Shown piece by piece: positions 38,067 to 47,317 of a DNA stretch of 64,000 nt. Made by a program: the position numbers and the translations under genes. The DNA is from Candidatus Heimdallarchaeum aukensis. GTDB taxonomy: Archaea; Asgardarchaeota; Heimdallarchaeia; Heimdallarchaeales; Heimdallarchaeaceae. The notes under the pieces were generated by a model. It searched no databases and was not told the DNA's origin. It saw nothing but the letters and a program-made list of their open reading frames with translations. The number at the start of each line of letters is the position of its first letter. The first letter of the stretch is position 1. The stretch is from positions 992,001 through 1,056,000 of the forward strand of contig CP084166.1 of assembly GCA_021513695.1 (NCBI GenBank). Direction: 5' to 3'.

Positions 38067-38570
38067 ATGACTAGTCATGAAGTAGAGTATAAAATTGAGA
38101 AACTAAATATATCTCATACTCTATTAGACTTTGATTGTGGTGATGAAAACGTTAATGAGTATTTTAATCAGAGAAGCTATGAAGAAGTTGAATTAGGTAA
38201 TGCTCAAATTTATGTGTTTATACTTGTGAATACAAATGACCTCATAGGTTTCTATACGCTTTCAATGAAATCTGTTCGTTTTAACTATGAAGGAAGAGAA
38301 TATGATCAACCTGTGTGTTTGCTTGGGCAAATTGGAGTAAATAAAATTTTCCAAAATAAAGGTTGGGGAACAATATTAATTAAAGATGCAAAGAAGAGAT
38401 GTAAAAAAATCTCAGAAGATATTGGAAGCATTGGTTTATTATTGGAAACATATAAAGAAGAATTAGTGAACGGGTTTTTCAAGAAACTTGGTTTCGAATA
38501 TGTTGAACATCACAAAATGAAAAACCGAGGTACAAGATATAGATTGTTTTGCAAACATGAACATGAATAG
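38067..38570 (+). CDS. GNAT-family acetyltransferase toxin (TacT/AtaT/KacT-like)
   Basis: LDFDCGDENVNEYFNQRS...IYVFIL...LIGFYTLSMKSV...PVCLLGQIGVNKIFQNKGWGTILI...FFKKLGFE matches the F-x-CG-x-x-x-L-x-x-x-L ... GFY-x-L ... G-x-G architecture of tRNA-acetylating TA toxins. Confidence 0.7.
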   Translation: MTSHEVEYKIEKLNISHTLLDFDCGDENVNEYFNQRSYEEVELGNAQIYVFILVNTNDLIGFYTLSMKSVRFNYEGREYDQPVCLLGQIGVNKIFQNKGWGTILIKDAKKRCKKISEDIGSIGLLLETYKEELVNGFFKKLGFEYVEHHKMKNRGTRYRLFCKHEHE

Positions 38571-38624
38571 AAAAAGGAGAAATGGATATAAAACAGCTTA
38601 CTCTATTTAAAGCTTAAAGCTATT

Positions 38625-38666
38625 TTTGAATATTATTCTTTACTTTTTTCTAGCTCTAATCCTCTC
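38625..38666. repeat. 42-nt IS-leader-like repeat, copy A
   Basis: tttgaatattattctttacttttttctagctctaatcctctc is identical at 39 of 42 positions to 41084-41125, in the same orientation. Confidence 0.85.
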
Positions 38667-38901
38667 TTCTTGTTTAATTACTGTAAGTATAATTACTTGT
38701 TCGAGTGTAAGATTGTTGAAGTTCAGTTCAGTACCTAAATCATCCAAAAAAATAGTTATTTAATAGGAATTTATATTTAACTCGAAAAAATCCCATTTTT
38801 AATATTTCTTTATGAAAGTATTTTCAATAAACGGAAAGTTTGCTACAAGAACTCGAAGAGTTTTCTATTACTATTGCAATCCTTCTTTTTTAAAATGTAA
38901 T

Positions 38902-39354
38902 TTATTGTATAGAATCTATGAACCTCTTTAAATCCTCTTCTGGTAAATCAGTATATTTCTTATATCTCTTGAATTTTTTACTGAAGAATTTTATATCAAC
39001 ATAAATTTGTATTTTCTCTTTGCCTTCAATTTGTTTTCTGTCTGTTACAGGAAAAGTTGCCCAATATAACTTGTATTCTTTTGAATGCTTAAGTTCATAT
39101 TGTTGTTGTTTTGGTCTTATCTTTCCTTGATACTCAACACTATCAATTATCATTTTTATGTCCAACAGAAACATGAGTGTAGAAGCAGTTCCAGCATTAA
39201 TTATGTAAAGTCCCCATTCTTTTGCTTGTGGGTTGAATATTGGTCCAGATAAGTTTAGCGAAGCTCTTTTTGGTCTAAAGAAGGATAGGTATACTGTTAC
39301 AACTGACAGAAAAATAGATATTGTAGAGAATATTAATGAGACTACTTCTGTCAT
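38902..39354 (-). CDS. Small N-terminally membrane-anchored protein, unknown function
   Basis: The N-terminus VVSLIFSTISIFLSVVTVYLSFF is a TM helix. It is co-oriented with, and downstream of, the 447-aa gene. Confidence 0.4.
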   Translation of the reverse strand: MTEVVSLIFSTISIFLSVVTVYLSFFRPKRASLNLSGPIFNPQAKEWGLYIINAGTASTLMFLLDIKMIIDSVEYQGKIRPKQQQYELKHSKEYKLYWATFPVTDRKQIEGKEKIQIYVDIKFFSKKFKRYKKYTDLPEEDLKRFIDSIQ

Positions 39355-39589
39355 AAATACTAATACACATTATCAATTAATTAACAGTTCGGTATATTGT
39401 TTCACCCATGGCACATTCACCCCAAGATAAAATACTGAACCATTAGATGTTGGATCAATTGGTAAGGAGATCCTAAAGATTAAAGAGTAGTTTGATTTAG
39501 AGATTATTACTATAAATAATACTTATGTTGCTTTGTTTTGTAATGTTAAAAAACAAGTGATAAGCCAAATTTAAGGTTACTAAGTCTAA

Positions 39590-40933
39590 TTATTCCTCAT
39601 GAAGTAAAGGTGTTTCTAAAAGGACATTTGTTAAGTCGATATTGTTAGGGTTTATTTTTTTTGGATAAACAAAAGAGAAGTGGCAGACGTAAGATTTGTT
39701 GTTTCTTATTATTTTGATCCAAACATTTTCTGGTTTTTCCATTATTATTCTTAACATCCATGATGTATTTTCTTCTGATACTCTAAGCAAGGCATAAAGA
39801 GTTCTTTTTTTTAATTCTAGTGTCTTATACTTTTCGAATTTTTCTTTTAACTGTTCTGCGTTCCCCCAAAAAAGGTTGGGAAAAACTTTTTCATCTTTAT
39901 CAAATACTATTGTTATCTCTTTTATTTTATTGTACTCTGAAATATCTTTCAAGATTTCCTTCTTTTCATCAATAGGGATTCTTTGTTGAATACCTCTAGA
40001 TTTTCTTAAAATTTGATCGAGGAGAAACCATATTGAATTGTCCATATATTTAATAAACGAATTAATTTCCATTTTAAATGCAACTTCTGTTTTTTGTATT
40101 TCTACATTACCTTTTTTATTTATCCAACCGTTTATTTTAAAATAAGAAAAACGAGGATCGACATATTCGAAAGATTGTTTGGGTGGAAAGGTTTTTCCAT
40201 TTTTTCTTGCCAAAGTTATTGCATCTTCTATCCATAATTTGAAATTGGTATTTGCTGACCTTGCGGGAATTTTGTCAATAATAACCCATATCTCATCGTT
40301 ATTGAAATCCAGAACTTTTTTACCACTATGTGTAACAGTATTACGTAAGTATAGAAACACACTGAATGCAAGTGATGGATTGATATATTTATCTGAATAG
40401 GGCTCGTAATGTCTAATTAGTTCATCAAAAATACGTTCATACCTATATCGTTTTAATTCGGGAAGATTATTTAAATACGCTTCTGTGAATCTTGAAGTTA
40501 GTTCCAAAAGTTCCAGACCAGCTGAAACATATGTTTCAAAGAGACATATAAAAAGGAACTTTATAGTTGGTATTTTAGTCCAATCAAATCGTATTTGATA
40601 ATACTCTATTTGGTCTCTTACTAATTGGAAGTACGCAAGTCTATATTTAATGCTGTTTAATGTTTCAATATACCTTCCTTTTTTCACTAATTCATTAATA
40701 TGAAAAACTAGTAAACTGTAGTCTCTTGATTCGTTATGTGCTTCCAGATAGTATGAAAACATACTCAAAACGCCAAGACTTGTATCAAGAACATGCCGAG
40801 AAATACTAATTTCTTTTTTTTCTTTTTTTTCTTTTAACGAATTAAAAAACTCATATTCGTTAAGCAAAATTTTTAACAAAAGTTCATGAGATTCTTTACT
40901 TTCTATTTCTTGCTTATCCTTATTTTGATTCAT
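39590..40933 (-). CDS. Hypothetical protein with HEPN-type RNxxxH motif (Abi-like candidate)
   Basis: 447 aa and alpha-helical. FLYLRNTVTHSGKK fits the R-N-x-x-x-H catalytic motif of Abi2/AbiD-F-type HEPN RNases. No other recognisable motif was found. Confidence 0.4.
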   Translation of the reverse strand: MNQNKDKQEIESKESHELLLKILLNEYEFFNSLKEKKEKKEISISRHVLDTSLGVLSMFSYYLEAHNESRDYSLLVFHINELVKKGRYIETLNSIKYRLAYFQLVRDQIEYYQIRFDWTKIPTIKFLFICLFETYVSAGLELLELTSRFTEAYLNNLPELKRYRYERIFDELIRHYEPYSDKYINPSLAFSVFLYLRNTVTHSGKKVLDFNNDEIWVIIDKIPARSANTNFKLWIEDAITLARKNGKTFPPKQSFEYVDPRFSYFKINGWINKKGNVEIQKTEVAFKMEINSFIKYMDNSIWFLLDQILRKSRGIQQRIPIDEKKEILKDISEYNKIKEITIVFDKDEKVFPNLFWGNAEQLKEKFEKYKTLELKKRTLYALLRVSEENTSWMLRIIMEKPENVWIKIIRNNKSYVCHFSFVYPKKINPNNIDLTNVLLETPLLHEE

Positions 40934-41083
40934 TTGTTATTAATATTATTTTATAACAAAATAAAAAAGTTTAGTTAAATATTACTGTGCAATTCTTCCT
41001 CTATTTTGATAAATAAATGAACTAGAATAATTTTCTTTCCAAGAATAAACTGCCTTTAAGGATAGTTAATAAGTAGTTAAAGG

Positions 41084-41280
41084 TTTGAATATTATCCTTT
41101 ACTTTTTTCCAGCTCTAACCCTCTCCCCTCTCCCATCTTTACAATCCTTCTTTCCCCTGAAATTATTTTTTTTGTTTCCTTTTTCTATATTCTCTTTTCT
41201 TTCTAACCAACCTTATACTCTTTTTCTTTACCTTTGTTCTTGTTATTGCTTTTGTTACTGTTTTTAGTCCTAGTTCTGTA
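41084..41280. repeat. IS-leader-like repeat copy B plus about 150 nt pyrimidine-rich tract (solo left-end remnant, minus orientation)
   Basis: 41084-41125 matches copy A at 39/42 positions. Its reverse complement gagagggttagagctggaaaaaagtaaagg aligns with the IS promoter block gagggttttaaatagggaaaaaaagtaag. The adjacent CT-rich tract mirrors the purine-rich leaders of both tnpB elements. ORF 41085..41267 is low-complexity and not credible. Confidence 0.6.
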
Positions 41281-41472
41281 CTATTAGTTCAGTCTCTTTT
41301 TTAGGATAATCTGTGGATAGTAATTCTTCAAGAAATTAGAGGAAAAATATGAAATCAATAATAAACTTTCTCTAAATTGTCTTAAGGTCTTCTTCTAGTT
41401 ATAACCTCCTTACAAGAAGATGCTTTACTTTGCAACAAAATGAAAAATAAACTAAAGAAACTATTCATAGGG

Positions 41473-41480
41473 TTTAAATA
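41473..41480 (+). promoter_or_regulatory. TATA-like box tttaaata about 25 nt upstream of the methyltransferase ATG
   Basis: The context is gggtttaaatac, and ATG 41501 follows 20 nt after the box. Confidence 0.4.
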
Positions 41481-41500
41481 CTTATTTCTCGTATAGGCTA

Positions 41501-42637
41501 ATGATGGAAATAAACAAAATTTATCTTAAAGATTGTATAGAAGGTATGAAGGAACTTCCTGAAGATAGCATAGATTTAATATTTGCAGATCCACCATATA
41601 ATCTTCAATTGAAAAATGAATTATATCGACCTAATCAGTCATTAGTGGATGCTGTAAATGATGAATGGGATAAATTTTCATCATTTGAAGAGTACGATGA
41701 TTTTACAAAAAAGTGGTTATCAGAATGTAGGAGGGTGTTAAAAAAAACAGGTTCTATATGGGTAATAGGGTCGTATCACAATATATTTAGAATCGGAAAA
41801 ATAATGCAAGATTTAGGTTTCTGGATATTAAATGATATCATTTGGATAAAAACAAACCCTATGCCAAATTTTAGAGGTACTAGATTTAATAATGCACATG
41901 AAACTCTGATTTGGGCTTCGAAAAATGAAAAAGCTAAACCTACTTTTCATTATAAAGCTATGAAGGTATTTAATAATGATAAACAAATGCGAAGTGATTG
42001 GTATATTCCAATTTGTATAGGAAAAGAAAGGTTGAAATTAAACGGAAAAAAATTACATTCTACACAAAAACCTGAAGCATTGCTATATAGAATAATAATA
42101 TCAACATCAAATGTAAATGATATAGTGCTTGATCCTTTTATGGGTTCAGGTACTACAGCTGCAGTAGCAAAGAAACTAAGAAGGAATTTTATTGGTTTTG
42201 AAACAAATGAAATATATGTAAAAGCAGCAAGAGAGAGAGTTGTTAAAGTCATACCCATGGATCCTGACATTTTGGATTATAAAGTGGAAAAAAAACCACC
42301 AAAAGTTCCTTTTGGTACTTTAGTAGAACATAATTATATTAAAGCTGGAGATTGGCTTTATTCAAAAGATATGAGATATAAAGCAATAATAAAAGCAAAT
42401 GGGTCAATTGAATATCAAGGTAAAAACGGTTCTATTCATAAAATTAGTGCTCAAATTTTAAATAAAAAAGCAAATAATGGATGGGATTTTTGGTATGTAA
42501 AAGAAAACGATAATCTTGTATCGATTGATACTATTAGAAGAAATTATGCAAGTAAAAACATGAATTATATGAATGATGAAATAGATATGAGAAATAAAAA
42601 AGTAACAGACAAACTTTTAACTAATTACTTGGAATAA
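41501..42637 (+). CDS. Beta-class N6-adenine DNA methyltransferase, CcrM / M.HinfI family (likely GANTC)
   Basis: Motif IV IFADPPYNL precedes motif I VLDPFMGSGTTAAVA (beta-class order), and HSTQKPEALL is present. The C-terminal VPFGTLVEHNYIKAGDWLYS...NGSIEYQGKNGSIHKISAQIL...NGWDFWYV parallels the CcrM-specific C-terminal domain. Confidence 0.9.
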   Translation: MMEINKIYLKDCIEGMKELPEDSIDLIFADPPYNLQLKNELYRPNQSLVDAVNDEWDKFSSFEEYDDFTKKWLSECRRVLKKTGSIWVIGSYHNIFRIGKIMQDLGFWILNDIIWIKTNPMPNFRGTRFNNAHETLIWASKNEKAKPTFHYKAMKVFNNDKQMRSDWYIPICIGKERLKLNGKKLHSTQKPEALLYRIIISTSNVNDIVLDPFMGSGTTAAVAKKLRRNFIGFETNEIYVKAARERVVKVIPMDPDILDYKVEKKPPKVPFGTLVEHNYIKAGDWLYSKDMRYKAIIKANGSIEYQGKNGSIHKISAQILNKKANNGWDFWYVKENDNLVSIDTIRRNYASKNMNYMNDEIDMRNKKVTDKLLTNYLE

Positions 42638-42642
42638 TCTTC

Positions 42643-43512
42643 GTGCTTACTAATTATCTTCCCTATGAAGTTTTTAAAAGAATATTAACAAAGACAATCT
42701 TTCAAAATGCTAAAATAAGTTTATTAGAAAAAGTTGCTAAATATCCTTCAAGATATACAGGTTTATTTAGGCCTACCAAACCTAAATTAAAATTAATCCA
42801 GAACATTACTCAATCAAATGAAATTCTATTTGGCGATGCTTTTGAGATCATAATTAATGAATATTTGAATAGATTAGGTTTCTCTCCAATTAAAAAAAAT
42901 TATTCCTATAATGGAAATGACTTAATGTTTGATCAGATTGTAGGAAAAGAAAATACTATTATTTACATAGAACAAAAAATAAGAGATGATCATGATTCAA
43001 CAAAAAAAAGAGGTCAAATAGAAAATTTTGAGAAAAAGGGTGAATTATTATTGAAACTATATCCTGATTTCAAAATTACTGGTATAATGTATTTTATAGA
43101 CCCAAATTTAAAGAAAAATCGAAGATATTATATGCAAGAATTACAAAGAATAAGTACTCAATTTAATTTTGAAACTCATCTCTTTTATGGAAAAGAGTTT
43201 TTTGAATGGATAGGAAAAGATGAAATCTGGTTAGAAATAACAAGCTATTTATCAAAGTGGAAAGAAGAGATACCTGATTTTCCCACAATTAATTTTGATG
43301 AAAATCCCGAAGAATCTTTTGAGGAAATCAAGCATCTACAACCTAATTTACTGATAAAGCTTCTAAGAAATGATGCAATATGTAAGGAGATTTTTCCCGA
43401 ATTGTTCCCGGAAAAAACGACATTAAATCTACTTCTGGAATACTATATTCATGAAAGAGAAAAAAATAAGACTAATACAATGGTTATTGAACATTTAAAA
43501 AAAGTGTTGTGA
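42643..43512 (+). CDS. Putative type II restriction endonuclease partner (PD-(D/E)xK-like)
   Basis: It starts 5 nt after the methyltransferase stop. FDQIVGKENTIIYIEQKIRD gives a D-x13-E-x-K arrangement. The assignment rests mainly on context. Confidence 0.5.
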   Translation: MLTNYLPYEVFKRILTKTIFQNAKISLLEKVAKYPSRYTGLFRPTKPKLKLIQNITQSNEILFGDAFEIIINEYLNRLGFSPIKKNYSYNGNDLMFDQIVGKENTIIYIEQKIRDDHDSTKKRGQIENFEKKGELLLKLYPDFKITGIMYFIDPNLKKNRRYYMQELQRISTQFNFETHLFYGKEFFEWIGKDEIWLEITSYLSKWKEEIPDFPTINFDENPEESFEEIKHLQPNLLIKLLRNDAICKEIFPELFPEKTTLNLLLEYYIHEREKNKTNTMVIEHLKKVL

Positions 43513-44322
43513 AAAAAAATCTAAAATCACAAAAAAGATCTATATAATTGTACGATTTTTTGTTCAAAAAAAAACTATCACCGTTTGATTGACATGTTAT
43601 AAAAATAGTTTCTGAAGAAAAACCTTTACATCCATTAACTCTCAGATGCTTTATACCATTATTTTGAAATAGATACTACATGCTTGAATTAAAATGAATT
43701 TCTGGACTAGTTGATTTTCCTTTCTTAATTATAAATTATATAATTTTCCTAATTGAATTGAGAGATAATTTTTCTTTTTCAAACCAAGCATGATCTATTA
43801 TAGGAGGTTTTAAACGGAGAAGATTCAAACTTTGGATATATATTCTACATATATTATAAATATTGTTTGATATTCATCATTTGAGTTTCTCAATAAAAGA
43901 TTATTCCATATTTTAGTTTCTAGTTTGAAGATTATGAATTATTTAATAAATGTCTTAAATTCGGGATACCTTTCTTTCATATTTTCCTCAGAATCATGTA
44001 ATGGAATTTGTAGTGTTCCTTTTACTAATATTCTATATTCCTCAAGTTTAAGAATATGATTTGATTATAGCAGTGTGCCATTACTTGTTATGTTTGTTGT
44101 TATTTTTTTCGATAAATGTAGAGATTCTGGTAAAGAAATAATGTTTTCAGTTATGAATTGTATATTATCATGAAATCTAACCTTCTTAATTTAACTCAAA
44201 TTAATTAAGTAGTAAAGATAATAAAAGAAGGTATCTAAATGTTTATTGCGGAGATTTATTATAGGGTTTTTAATTTTCATCTCCCACATCGAATAATACG
44301 CATTTATCAATAAATCCTTATA

Positions 44323-45342
44323 TTAATTAGAGCAATATGAAGTTTTATTTGTGAAAATTTCAGGATCATCTAGTTCTCTCAATCTTTTAAGTGTAACACT
44401 TTTCCATTTATCATAAAAATCAACTAAAATACCTTCTTTTTCCTTTAATGTTGGTTTTCCTGTATCATCATCCATAATAAATTCAAATCCGTAATCAATC
44501 TTAAAATTAAATTGATCTGTATGCAAAACTCTTTCATGAGGAAACTTAATATCGTTATCCAAAGATGAACAAAAATTATAATGTCGAACTTCAATATGAA
44601 TTGATGAGTTTGAATATAAACCAAGCCAGTCCATTATATTTTTCTTTGTTGATTGAGGATTATATCTATTTGCTTTCGGTGTTGTAGTACAAATAATAAA
44701 ATTGCCATTTCTTATATTCTCCTTTTCAAATTGTTTTACTAACCAATTTAATGTTTTATAGTGTCGCTTATTATTAACTAAATTTACACCAAGATATCTG
44801 TCCACAATCATTACTTCCTTTGCAAATCTGAATATCTTTTTGATAAATCTTGAATGCACTTCTGTTAAATTATTTAATTCTGCTAAGTTTAATGATGTAT
44901 TCTGTATTTTATTGTAGAAATCTATTTCTGTAATTAATTCCTCTGATACATAGCTACTACTCAATTTTCCAATTTCACACTTATTTCTACAATTATTGTA
45001 AGGAAGTATTATCCAATCTGGATTTTCTCTGCTTTGAATTTCACAATAAGCTATACATTCATCTTTTTTTTTCTTTCCTTCAATTTTAATTTCAATTATT
45101 CTTCTATTATTTTGCATATTCGAAAGCATTTCTTCTATGATGAGTCTTTCTTCTATTGGTATAAGTGAAAGGGTTTTTGATTTAATAGGTAAACTAAAAC
45201 CTTCTGGTTTTAGAAGTATACCGTTTTTTCTAAGGGAAATCAATAAAGAAACTAATATTTTAGAACGATACATAATAAGCGTAGAATTTTCAGAATTGTC
45301 ATCTAAAATTTTAGGAGATAATACAAATGTCTGTACCGTCAT
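44323..45342 (-). CDS. Hypothetical protein, fourth gene of the four-gene operon
   Basis: A 339-aa uninterrupted ORF. Its ATG overlaps the ATPase stop (ATGA at 45339-45342). No confident motif was found. Confidence 0.5.
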   Translation of the reverse strand: MTVQTFVLSPKILDDNSENSTLIMYRSKILVSLLISLRKNGILLKPEGFSLPIKSKTLSLIPIEERLIIEEMLSNMQNNRRIIEIKIEGKKKKDECIAYCEIQSRENPDWIILPYNNCRNKCEIGKLSSSYVSEELITEIDFYNKIQNTSLNLAELNNLTEVHSRFIKKIFRFAKEVMIVDRYLGVNLVNNKRHYKTLNWLVKQFEKENIRNGNFIICTTTPKANRYNPQSTKKNIMDWLGLYSNSSIHIEVRHYNFCSSLDNDIKFPHERVLHTDQFNFKIDYGFEFIMDDDTGKPTLKEKEGILVDFYDKWKSVTLKRLRELDDPEIFTNKTSYCSN

Positions 45343-47249
45343 TCAAATAGCTCCTTATAACTTAGATCAAAGAAATCATCTGGCCATTCATTTATAAAAT
45401 TACCATGTTTGTCAAATTCGATAGGAACTATATTAGCTCCTAGTTTTGTTTTTTCAACAAATATAATTGATATAAGTTTTGGACTTATTTTCTTTTTCCT
45501 AATGAGTTTTTTGATTCGTAGAATTAATTGTTGACTATGAGTTTCAATTATAAATTGTTTTGATAAATTCCTTTTAACATGTTCAACAAAAAATTCTCCC
45601 AATTCAGCTTGCAATCTTGGATTAAGATGTATCTCTGGTTGTTCTATTAAAAGAATTTCATTTGGTTTATTTGACATTATCGTTTGTACAAGAATGGGGA
45701 GAACCTGACTCACACCAAATCCAATATCCGGTAATGCCACCGGATATTTTGTGATATTATCTTCGAATTTCAAGGAATATACCCCTGATAGTTTGTCTTT
45801 ATCTGCTGTATATGAGACTGTGTAACCGATTTTTAGTTTTTTCAACCAATTATTTAGTTCATTTATTTTATTTTTATATGAATAGATAAAATCTGCTGTT
45901 TTTGATCCTGAAACACCTACATTAATAGGTCTACTCCCTCCAAATATGTAATATCGAGATGGTTTATCTCTAAGAGGACCAATAAAAGTAATGCTCTTCA
46001 TCAATTCAATGAATTGATTTCTATTCTCTTCAGTCACGTCATAATCAAAATATAAATTCTTTTTTCCATGTTCAAGTTTAAAAAACGTGTTGATTTTAAG
46101 TAATTCACCTTTAATTGGATTACCAACAAATTCAATAGATAAATTATGATGAATAAACTTAATTAATTTGTTAATTAGATCTGTTTCTATCTCCGATGGG
46201 TCTTTAAACATAATAATTCTAAATAATTTCTCAATTTTCATATTAATTGATTCTTCAATTAGAATCCTAAAATCATGATCGATTAAAATATCATCTTTTA
46301 TTTCATTTAAACCAATTTCAACCTTTTTGCAAATTTTTTCAATTATTTTATCTTTTTTTAACAGAAAAAATTTGTTTTTTTCTAATTCTCTTCTAATTTT
46401 TTCTACTATATTTTTAATTTCAATTTTTTTCGCTTGACTATTTTCCTGATAAATTTTCAATATAGTTTCTATAGGAACTTTAATATTAATCGTAGGAATT
46501 TTATCGTTATCAAAATGAATCTTCTTTTCAATTTTTTCTTCTATATCAAAGACATCAATTTTAAATTTCTCTTCATATGCAGAATAAGAGATTATAAATG
46601 GTGTATCAATGTTTTCAACAATTGTGATTTTCTTGTATCCTCCAGATATTGACTCTCTCAAAAACGGTAAAAGAATCATCGGTATAACTCTTTCTGTACT
46701 TATTTTTGAAAGAGAACAAGTATATTTTATCCGCTGATAAATCCTAGAATTTTCTGTTTTGCAATATACTAATTTTGCTGAAATTAATGATTTTTCAATC
46801 TTTTTGCCATAATTTCTAGATATTCCCCATATTATTTTATCTAAAAGAATGTAAGGTCTCTCTTCAATCTTTTTTGAAATGTATGTTAAGTTGATTTTGA
46901 ATTTTTTAAAAATCCTTTCCTTGTATGGTGAAATATGAAGATAATCTGAGGATCGCCACTGTAACCCAATTTCAACTCTTTTTCTAGTATCATGACCAAA
47001 AACAATTTCTTCGAAAGGTCCAATATCAACATAAGTCCCTTGATGTAGAAGAACATTATTTGGGTCATTGTCTTCTATAGTTTGTTTTAAGGCTAAAAGT
47101 GATTTCAAAATAGATGATTTTCCACTACTATTTTCTCCAAATATCAGTGTAATCGGTTTACATGGTATTCTAGAGCCCTTTTTTCCAAAGGCTTTAAAAT
47201 TTCTTAAATAAATTTCAGTTAACATGAACAAACACCAAGTTTCTTTCAT
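45339..47249 (-). CDS. ABC/SMC-like AAA ATPase (AAA_15/AAA_21-type, as in OLD/Septu/PARIS-class defence ATPases)
   Basis: The N-terminus is LTEIYLRNFKAFG...ITLIFGENSSGKSSILKSL (Walker A). About 400 aa of helical insert follow, then LLIEQPEIHLNPRLQ (Walker B / D-loop) and IIETHSQQL (H-loop). The probable start is ATG at 47225 (MLTEIY). Confidence 0.8.
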   Translation of the reverse strand: MKETWCLFMLTEIYLRNFKAFGKKGSRIPCKPITLIFGENSSGKSSILKSLLALKQTIEDNDPNNVLLHQGTYVDIGPFEEIVFGHDTRKRVEIGLQWRSSDYLHISPYKERIFKKFKINLTYISKKIEERPYILLDKIIWGISRNYGKKIEKSLISAKLVYCKTENSRIYQRIKYTCSLSKISTERVIPMILLPFLRESISGGYKKITIVENIDTPFIISYSAYEEKFKIDVFDIEEKIEKKIHFDNDKIPTINIKVPIETILKIYQENSQAKKIEIKNIVEKIRRELEKNKFFLLKKDKIIEKICKKVEIGLNEIKDDILIDHDFRILIEESINMKIEKLFRIIMFKDPSEIETDLINKLIKFIHHNLSIEFVGNPIKGELLKINTFFKLEHGKKNLYFDYDVTEENRNQFIELMKSITFIGPLRDKPSRYYIFGGSRPINVGVSGSKTADFIYSYKNKINELNNWLKKLKIGYTVSYTADKDKLSGVYSLKFEDNITKYPVALPDIGFGVSQVLPILVQTIMSNKPNEILLIEQPEIHLNPRLQAELGEFFVEHVKRNLSKQFIIETHSQQLILRIKKLIRKKKISPKLISIIFVEKTKLGANIVPIEFDKHGNFINEWPDDFFDLSYKELFE

Positions 47250-47317
47250 TCACACTCTTGATGAATTCTTTACAAATTTATGTAATAAAAATAAAAACTT
47301 TTCTGGAATATCTATGT

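Noticed and set aside
43513-44322. 0.8-kb ORF-free gap between the RM pair and the four-gene operon as a CRISPR array or ncRNA locus
   Set aside because: No direct repeats with regular spacing and no GC enrichment were seen. There are only short broken reading frames, for example a minus-strand fragment LKLEEYRILVKGTLQIPLHDSEENMKERYPEF. It is most simply a convergent terminator region with decayed gene debris.
44323-45342. PLD-like HxK...D motif in the 339-aa protein (FPHERVLHTDQ)
   Set aside because: The Lys is replaced by Arg, no second HKD half or GSxN follows, and I cannot verify the fold. The evidence is too weak to annotate.
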